NCBI RefSeq assembly: GCF_018336915.1
Contig: NZ_CP064923.1
Location: 4,200,001 to 4,232,000, forward strand
DNA length: 32,000 nt
Direction: 5' to 3'
Origin: Acaryochloris marina S15
GTDB taxonomy: Bacteria > Cyanobacteriota > Cyanobacteriia > Thermosynechococcales > Thermosynechococcaceae
The notes below the pieces were generated by a model. It did not search any database. It was given only the letters and a program-made list of their open reading frames with translations, and was not told where the DNA came from. How positions within the stretch are numbered: position 1 is the first letter of the stretch; each line of letters begins with the position of its first letter. Below, one piece after another: positions 26,076-32,000 of this stretch. The position numbers and the translations under genes are program-made.

Positions 26076-26753
26076 ATGACACTAGCTACTTTTCAAGCAT
26101 CAGACTCGACGAATGTCTCGATTGCACAACCAGATTTATATGTATCACTCTTAAACAAAAGTTTCCTGTTTTCCTCATCTGGAACCCAGGAAGATTATGC
26201 CCATCAATTATTAGAGTTAAATGGTCTTGCCTGTCAGCTGAATCAACTGCTCCAGCAAGCCCCTCAGCACCATTGTGCTCAAAGTGCTGTGGGAGTTGTC
26301 ATTCCAAGTGGTTTGACCGCTAAAGAAGCCTATCAGTTAGGAACGGAACTTGGCCAGCAAGAACATCAGCATTTTGCCGCATTAGCCTTACCCACCCAAC
26401 GATATCTGTTGCCAGAACAACTACTCGTATTAAGTGACTGGTGGTCCCAGTCTTATTTGGCCCATTATGGTCAATTACTGATTGATGCTACCCAATCATC
26501 CGATACCTATATTTATCTAGAGGTACTGAGCACCTCTCACATCACCCTCAAGCAAGACGAACGCCATCCTGATTGCGCCTTCTATGGAGGAATTATCGCT
26601 GGCTTTTTTAGTGGCTTAGTCAACCGTGATTTTGAGGTCATTGAGCCGAATTGGTGGCAAGCAAAGGGCAAACGTTGCCAGTTTCTGATGGCCCCCCAAG
26701 CCGAGCTAGATGCTCAATTCTTTTGGCAGACCGTTGATACGTTATCAACTTAG
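26076..26753 (+). CDS. Hypothetical protein with a V4R-like C-terminal domain.
   Basis: 225 aa. The C-terminal PDCAFYGGIIAGFFSGLVNRDFEVIEPNWWQAKGKRCQFLMAP follows the V4R pattern C-x-F-x-G-x3-G ... E-x2-[C]-x3-G-x3-C-x-F. The middle Cys is replaced by Trp and the Gly is offset by one residue. Confidence 0.5.
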   Translation: MTLATFQASDSTNVSIAQPDLYVSLLNKSFLFSSSGTQEDYAHQLLELNGLACQLNQLLQQAPQHHCAQSAVGVVIPSGLTAKEAYQLGTELGQQEHQHFAALALPTQRYLLPEQLLVLSDWWSQSYLAHYGQLLIDATQSSDTYIYLEVLSTSHITLKQDERHPDCAFYGGIIAGFFSGLVNRDFEVIEPNWWQAKGKRCQFLMAPQAELDAQFFWQTVDTLST

Positions 26754-27151
26754 TGTCGTGCACTGAAAAAAGGATGATGACCATGATTACAACCTATTCC
26801 ACTCCCACGACGACTGAGCGCATCAGTAATGATGTAACCACAACAACCTGTTATTACATTCGCAAGCTGCTAGCGACCTATTCTGGTGAACTACAGTCCT
26901 TTATTGTTGAAGGAGCAGGGATTATTGCCGATGCGAAATCTGATCTCAATCATGTTTTGGAAAGCTTATATTTAGACGAACCAGATATTAGTGTGATGGC
27001 TCGCGAGCTGGAAGTTCTGGCCCAACTCCATCAGAGTCTAAGGGGCCAAACCAACGCTGGCATAAGCATTCCAGGCCAATTAATGGAGGTAGAACGGCGG
27101 ATGTTCTGGATTTTAGGTCTTAAGAGAATCGACCGTCCTGAAAGAGGTTAA
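26753..27151 (+). CDS. Hypothetical protein, translationally coupled to the V4R-like gene.
   Basis: 132-aa ORF from a GTG that shares one nucleotide with the upstream TAG (TAGTG at 26751-26755). An alternative start is ATG at 26783, preceded by AAGGA. I do not recognise the family, and any Roadblock/LC7 resemblance is weak. Confidence 0.45.
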   Translation: MSCTEKRMMTMITTYSTPTTTERISNDVTTTTCYYIRKLLATYSGELQSFIVEGAGIIADAKSDLNHVLESLYLDEPDISVMARELEVLAQLHQSLRGQTNAGISIPGQLMEVERRMFWILGLKRIDRPERG

Positions 27152-27167
27152 GCCATCCCTGGATGAC

Positions 27168-28562
27168 TTAAGTTCTCTCCAAAATAAACCGAGCCACCGC
27201 AAAGTAGATAAACACACCCAACACGTCTACTGCGGTGGTAATAAACGGTGCTGACATCAAGGCCGGGTCAAACCCAATCGCCCTAAATACAAAGGGCAAA
27301 GCTGATCCGGCAACGGAGGCCAAAATCGAGATGGCGATCAGACTGATACCGACTGCGATCGCAACCGCTAAACTCCCCTGTAGAAAATAGGCCCAAATCA
27401 CCACAATAGCCCCCAACATTAGGCCTAAAATGGCACCCGCCGAGGCCTCCCGCTGAATCACCCATAGCGGATGATTGGCCTGGGGCTGATCCACATTCAG
27501 ACTGCGAATAACCACCGTTGAAGACTGGGCACCTACATTGCCTCCAGTCCCGATTAACAATGGGATAAAACTAGACAGAGCCACAACCTTCTTGAGCATA
27601 TCTTCCTGGCTATGAATCACTGCAGTTGTGCCTGTGTTCGTCAACAGCAAAACCAATAGCCACACCACCCGTCTACGGGCAACCGTGAGCAAATCCGTCT
27701 GAAAATAATCATCTCCCCCAGATTGCACCCCTCCCATGCGGTAGATATCTTCAGTAGTTTCTTCTTCAAAAATATCGATAACATCATCAACGGTGACAAT
27801 ACCGACGAGGCGCTCTTCCCGATCGACAACCGGCATCGCTAGAAAATCATAGCGTTGGATCGTGCGGGCCACCTCTTCCTGGTCGGTATCCGTACTCACA
27901 GACACCACATCTCGGGTCATGATCTCACCAATAGTCTGCTCTGGTTGGGCGGTCACCAAATCCCGCAAAGAAATAATTCCCGTCAGGTGGCGGGCAATAT
28001 CCACCACATACAGGTAATAAACCGTTTCTGTAAACCGAGCTAGACTCCGAATGCGTTCCAATGCCTGAAAGACATTTAAGTTCTCTTTTAAGGACACATA
28101 CTCCGGCGTCATAATCCGCCCCGCTGTTCCTGCCTCATATCCCAACAGAAAAGCGGTAGCCTGCCGTTCAATCGGGCTAAGCTGCCCCAGCAAACGGCTC
28201 ACAACCTTAGCTGGCAGCTCATCAAACAGACGGGCTCGATCATCTGGGGACATCTTATCCACAATGTCTAAGACGTCTTGCCGCTTAAATTCTTCGACTA
28301 GGGATTGCTGAACATTGGAATTGAGGTTCTCATACACCTCAATTGCTTCATTCTTGGACAAAAGACGAAAGGCAATAGCCTGTTGGGCTTCGGGTAACTC
28401 TTCAATCGCTTCAGCAATGTCTGCAGGCTGAACCGGAACGAGCAGAGCTTTAGCACCTTGCAAATTCCCTTGCTCTAACAGCATCAAAAGTTGAGATCGC
28501 ACCAGCTCTCGCAATTCCCTGCGAGAAACCACTTGTAATCTGGAATCAGCATTTTCAGTCAA
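27168..28562 (-). CDS. mgtE: Magnesium transporter MgtE.
   Basis: 464 aa. MgtE N-domain (VQPADIAEAIEELP), tandem CBS domains, and a C-terminal 5-TM domain with IPLLIGTGGNVGAQS and APFITTAVDVLG. TTG start with AGAGGA 6 nt upstream. Confidence 0.9.
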   Translation of the reverse strand: MTENADSRLQVVSRRELRELVRSQLLMLLEQGNLQGAKALLVPVQPADIAEAIEELPEAQQAIAFRLLSKNEAIEVYENLNSNVQQSLVEEFKRQDVLDIVDKMSPDDRARLFDELPAKVVSRLLGQLSPIERQATAFLLGYEAGTAGRIMTPEYVSLKENLNVFQALERIRSLARFTETVYYLYVVDIARHLTGIISLRDLVTAQPEQTIGEIMTRDVVSVSTDTDQEEVARTIQRYDFLAMPVVDREERLVGIVTVDDVIDIFEEETTEDIYRMGGVQSGGDDYFQTDLLTVARRRVVWLLVLLLTNTGTTAVIHSQEDMLKKVVALSSFIPLLIGTGGNVGAQSSTVVIRSLNVDQPQANHPLWVIQREASAGAILGLMLGAIVVIWAYFLQGSLAVAIAVGISLIAISILASVAGSALPFVFRAIGFDPALMSAPFITTAVDVLGVFIYFAVARFILERT

Positions 28563-28891
28563 GCCCGATCCTCTTTAGATATACGCCCTGTAGTGCTGGC
28601 AATCCAATCATTAGGCAGCCACAGAAAAAGTGACCCCCTACTGTATAGGTTCTAAAATGTAGGTCTACTCAAACACTGCCAGCCCTTAGTTTACGCTATT
28701 GTGAGAGCGACTGTAGGAAATGCTGGTTTTGGGACCATTGCCCCGCTCTTTTGCCCCATTTAGCAGGCCCATGTAGTCTTAAAATGTTATCTGCAGGTGA
28801 TAGATAAAAACTGCAATATGCCTCCCTCTGCACATCTAGTCCCAAGTTATGTTAGGGTGGGTTCCTGTGTTAGGATACATGGGCCTCAGAG

Positions 28892-28963
28892 GGGTCGCTA
28901 ACTCAACGGTAGAGTACTCGGCTTTTAACCGATTAGTTCCGGGTTCGAATCCCGGGCGACCCA
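28892..28963 (+). tRNA. tRNA-Lys (anticodon UUU).
   Basis: Acceptor gggtcgc/gcgaccc plus a. D arm actc-aacggta-gagt. Anticodon loop cTTTTaa. T arm ccggg-ttcgaat-cccgg. 72 nt, no encoded CCA. Confidence 0.9.
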
Positions 28964-29103
28964 TTTTTATGAATTCGATACCCCAGACTTAAGATTAAGC
29001 TACCGGACAACCCGCTAGACAGGGTAGGATATCTAAAGATTAGCGTAAGAATTCGGCGCAGTTTTCGCTTTTTATCGATGACCAACATTTAGGAGGATCA
29101 ACT

Positions 29104-30183
29104 ATGGCGCTCGTACCAATGCGTCTTTTGCTCGATCATGCCGCTGAAAACGGCTACGGCATTCCGGCATACAACGTAAATAACATGGAGCAAATCATCT
29201 CCATTATGCAAGCTGCAGAAGAGGCAGATAGCCCTGTCATCTTGCAAGCTTCTCGTGGTGCCCGTAGCTATGCGGGTGAGCACTTTCTCCGCCACTTAAT
29301 TACAGCTGCGGTTGAGTCCTACCCTCATATTCCTATCGCCATGCACCAAGACCATGGTAATAGCCCTACCACATGCTATTCCGCCATGAAAAATGGGTTT
29401 ACCAGCGTCATGATGGATGGCTCCTTGGAAGCAGATGCTAAAACCCCTGCCAGCTTTGAGTACAACGTTGATGTTACTCGTAACGTTGTGCAAGTCGCTC
29501 ATGCCATCGGCGTCAGCGTTGAAGGTGAGCTGGGTTGCTTAGGTTCCTTGGAAACCGGTCAAGGCGACAAGGAAGATGGTCATGGTTTTGAAGGAACTCT
29601 CAGCCGCGACCAGCTACTCACTGACCCCGACGAAGCCGTTGAGTTTGTTGAGCAGACTCAAGTAGATGCCCTAGCCGTTGCCATTGGCACTAGCCACGGT
29701 GCTTATAAGTTTTCTCGTAAGCCCACCGGTGAAATCCTAGCCATTAGCCGCATTGAAGAAATTCACAGCCGCTTGCCCAACACTCACTTGGTGATGCACG
29801 GATCATCTTCTGTGCCTCAAGAGTGGATTGATATGATCAATGCAAACGGTGGCAAAATCCCTGAAACCTATGGTGTTCCTGTAGAGGAAATCCAAAAAGG
29901 AATCAAGAGCGGTGTTCGTAAGGTCAATATCGACACCGACAATCGTTTAGCCATTACAGCAGCTATTCGGGAAGCCGCATTCAAAGATCCTAGCAACTTT
30001 GACCCCCGTCATTTCCTGAAGCCTTCCATCAAGTACATGAAGCAAGTTTGCTTAGCTCGTTATGAGTCCTTTGGTACTTCTGGACAGGCAAGCAAGATTA
30101 AGCAACAGCCCCTAGACATTTTTGCTGTCAAATATGCCAAGGGTGAGTTGGATGCTACAACCAAGAAAACTGTAACTGCCTAA
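29104..30183 (+). CDS. fba: Fructose-1,6-bisphosphate aldolase, class II (Calvin-cycle/glycolytic type).
   Basis: 359 aa. [30 protein letters not shown]..., [14 protein letters not shown] and [12 protein letters not shown] match my recollection of cyanobacterial class II FBA. There is a strong AGGAGGA Shine-Dalgarno sequence. Confidence 0.95.
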   Translation: MALVPMRLLLDHAAENGYGIPAYNVNNMEQIISIMQAAEEADSPVILQASRGARSYAGEHFLRHLITAAVESYPHIPIAMHQDHGNSPTTCYSAMKNGFTSVMMDGSLEADAKTPASFEYNVDVTRNVVQVAHAIGVSVEGELGCLGSLETGQGDKEDGHGFEGTLSRDQLLTDPDEAVEFVEQTQVDALAVAIGTSHGAYKFSRKPTGEILAISRIEEIHSRLPNTHLVMHGSSSVPQEWIDMINANGGKIPETYGVPVEEIQKGIKSGVRKVNIDTDNRLAITAAIREAAFKDPSNFDPRHFLKPSIKYMKQVCLARYESFGTSGQASKIKQQPLDIFAVKYAKGELDATTKKTVTA

Positions 30184-30309
30184 ACCAGAGCTGCAATCTC
30201 AGGTGATGCAATTGCAACACCTGAGATTGCTCTTAAGCATTCCCATTACAGCATTGCTAGTCTGCTTAATAGGGAAGCGCTCTAGGTAAAAGCGAAGACT
30301 AACTTAATC

Positions 30310-30359
30310 AAGACATCAAGAAGGCCGTAAGAGATCTCTTACGGCCTTCTTGATGTCTT
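30310..30359. terminator. 50-nt perfect palindrome; likely a bidirectional terminator between convergent fba and the peptidase gene.
   Basis: aagacatcaagaaggccgtaagaga|tctcttacggccttcttgatgtctt. The two 25-nt halves are exact reverse complements, so the central nucleotides must form the loop. There is no strong U tract on either side. Confidence 0.55.
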
Positions 30360-30373
30360 ATGAATTCTAGAAC

Positions 30374-31957
30374 CTATAGCTTTCTGAGGAAGGGGACGGG
30401 GTTAATCGCGCCTTTACCAGCAGAATGCAGTTCAAAATGAGTATGAGGGCCAGTACTCAGTCCAGTGCTCCCCATCTCAGCAATCTGTTGACCTTGGTAA
30501 ACAGATTGTCCTACGCGCGTTTTAATGCGGTGGTTATGGGCATATAACGTCAAACTACCATCGGGGTGACGGATCTCAACAAGATTGCCATATCCCCAGC
30601 GATTCCAGCCCGCAGTGGTCACAATACCCGGTGCAGAAGCAATCACAGGTGTCCCTACGGGGGCAGCAATATCAATACCACGATGGGGTCGTCCCCAACG
30701 CCAACCAAACCCAGAGGTTAGAACGCCTTTAGCAGGCCACAAATATTTTTGGGGCCCCGGCAACATCTGGCTAGGTAAATAGCGATCGACAGAAGATAAA
30801 GGGGGTAACTCTAAACTAGGGACCTGAGGCAACAGGTTGCGAGTCGCAATTTGAGTCGCATCACTCTTCAACTTCGGACTTGGAGTCGATTGAATCGGTA
30901 AGATTGCTACAGGTGGAGAGGCTTTAGTCGAGAGGGATGGGGTTTCGTCCTGGGTTGCTTTAGGCTCTTTGGAGGTTGCAACTGCTGCCTTCTCACCTTC
31001 CCCCAACAAATCACTAGGCTTATTCTCTGTCTCAGAATCATTGAGAGCAACAATGTCCTGAACCGTCGTTAACGATAAGGAAAGGGATTGATGGGCAGGA
31101 ATGCGTAGCTTAGTTTTGGGGCCGATAGAGGCAGGATCACTAATACGGTTCGCCTTAGTAATTTCCGTCGCTGAAACCTGGTAGAGACGAGAGATATCGT
31201 CTAAGGTTTCTCCCGGCTTGACTTGATGAACAATCGCTCCCGAATCGATGAGAGCTGAATTTTGCTCGTTCGGGATAATCGTTTGAGATAAATCGATATC
31301 GGGGAGGACTGCCAAAGCGGTTGTTGAGTCTACTGCCTCTTCCTCAGTACTATCTTTTGCCAGGGTTGAGGAATCCAGCGAATCAATCGCTTGGGTATTG
31401 CTCTCAAGGGTAGAAGACAAATCTAATGGGTTGGCAATAGAGGCTGCGCTCAACTCAACATCAGACTGATCTGATGAAGGCAGAAGCTCATCTAAATCAA
31501 GCAGGGATTGACTGGGCAATTCAGCCAACAGTAGAGGCTCAACCTCTAGGATGGCTGATGCGCTGAGTTCTAAGCTCTCCTCAATATTGTCAAGGTCGAG
31601 AATATCTATGGCTTCTAACAGATTTTTAGAGGTCAAGGGAGCCATCAGCTCGTCAGCCAACTCCTGAGAAACCCCGACCAAGGTACTCTGGGTGAAAGAG
31701 ACGCCTGCCTTAGACACCAATGATTTAGAGGATCCTTCAGACTCCAGAGGCGCAGATTTAAGTGCCAGGGAACCCACCGATTTAGGGGTCAACAATGTCG
31801 TGGGCCGAGTCCCTAGGTTTGGCTCAGATGCAATGAGTGCTGAGGATGAACGCTGCAAAGTTCGTTGTTGAAATAGCCTGGAGGATTTGGAGAGGTTCTG
31901 GTTTGAATAAGCCGATAGCTTATATCGAGGAGAACCGATCAGGTCCGGCAACTGCAC
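30374..31957 (-). CDS. LysM-domain M23-family (NlpD-like) peptidoglycan endopeptidase.
   Basis: LysM domain (HQVKPGETLDDISRLYQVSATEITKANRI). M23 motifs are HRGIDIAAPVGTPV and GSTGLSTGPHTHFELH. The N-terminal half is long, acidic and S/L/D-rich. The tracked start is GTG at 31957. The frame stays open to 32000, so the true start may lie outside the window. Confidence 0.85.
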   Translation of the reverse strand: MQLPDLIGSPRYKLSAYSNQNLSKSSRLFQQRTLQRSSSALIASEPNLGTRPTTLLTPKSVGSLALKSAPLESEGSSKSLVSKAGVSFTQSTLVGVSQELADELMAPLTSKNLLEAIDILDLDNIEESLELSASAILEVEPLLLAELPSQSLLDLDELLPSSDQSDVELSAASIANPLDLSSTLESNTQAIDSLDSSTLAKDSTEEEAVDSTTALAVLPDIDLSQTIIPNEQNSALIDSGAIVHQVKPGETLDDISRLYQVSATEITKANRISDPASIGPKTKLRIPAHQSLSLSLTTVQDIVALNDSETENKPSDLLGEGEKAAVATSKEPKATQDETPSLSTKASPPVAILPIQSTPSPKLKSDATQIATRNLLPQVPSLELPPLSSVDRYLPSQMLPGPQKYLWPAKGVLTSGFGWRWGRPHRGIDIAAPVGTPVIASAPGIVTTAGWNRWGYGNLVEIRHPDGSLTLYAHNHRIKTRVGQSVYQGQQIAEMGSTGLSTGPHTHFELHSAGKGAINPVPFLRKL

Positions 31958-32000
31958 AGACGTATGGGTGGATATTTTTTGATGAGCAGAAGAAACAGCA

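Noticed and set aside
26018-26323. A 101-aa ORF overlapping the start of the V4R-like gene in another frame. Similar internal alternative-frame ORFs occur at 14982-15215, 15964-16152, 25286-25492 and 25797-26000.
   Set aside because: All are nested within longer ORFs that have recognisable domains. Their products are Pro/Arg/Ser/Cys-rich frame artefacts.
28563-28891. A possible M-box (ykoK) Mg2+ riboswitch in the mgtE leader.
   Set aside because: I read the reverse strand and found none of the conserved M-box core elements (for example the GUUAGGUGAGGCU-type segment). There are only short AAAATGT/GTAG(A/T)CT repeats. A covariance-model scan (Rfam RF00380) would be needed to settle this.
1-32000. 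CRISPR arrays, transposases, integrases, prophage or defence-system genes.
   Set aside because: I found no spacer-repeat periodicity and no DDE, tyrosine-recombinase or serine-recombinase-like ORFs. The only tandem repeats are the coding heptads at 11478-11603, the pentapeptide repeats around 19860-20040 and the 11-bp duplication at 25944-25965.

Overview
This window looks like a cyanobacterial chromosome segment. I counted at least nine copies of the HIP1 octamer GCGATCGC (3102, 8571, 12870, 15003, 16257, 21192, 24401, 24780, 27355). It also carries a GTA-N8-TAC NtcA-type box upstream of glnA, plus crtH and a Ycf19-like yggT.

I support about 26 protein genes and 2 tRNAs.
- **Housekeeping genes:** glnA, class II fructose-bisphosphate aldolase, crtH, upp, mgtE, a TrmH-family methyltransferase, a MalK-like ABC ATPase and a LysM/M23 peptidase.
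- **Signalling genes:** an HK/OmpR pair, and a GAF-GAF hybrid kinase followed by a REC-PAS kinase and an OmpR regulator.
- I saw no CRISPR array, transposase, integrase or phage genes.

Four places deserve a second look.
1. An AT-rich pocket (about 1.9-5.9 kb) holds an unfused 463-aa mini-lipoxygenase with a complete iron-ligand set. A secreted 443-aa protein with a single C-terminal CXXCH motif is transcribed divergently from it.
2. An 84-aa lipoprotein is built from seven heptad DPCAAKx repeats. It sits divergent to a tight lipoprotein-cupin-HK-RR operon, which suggests a candidate envelope metal or thiol module.
3. A near-consensus promoter plus intrinsic terminator encloses about 70 nt upstream of crtH. 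This could be a small RNA or an attenuator.
4. A V4R-like protein is translationally coupled to a 132-aa unknown at the end of the phosphorelay cluster.

All functional calls come from motif recognition by eye. No database search was run.
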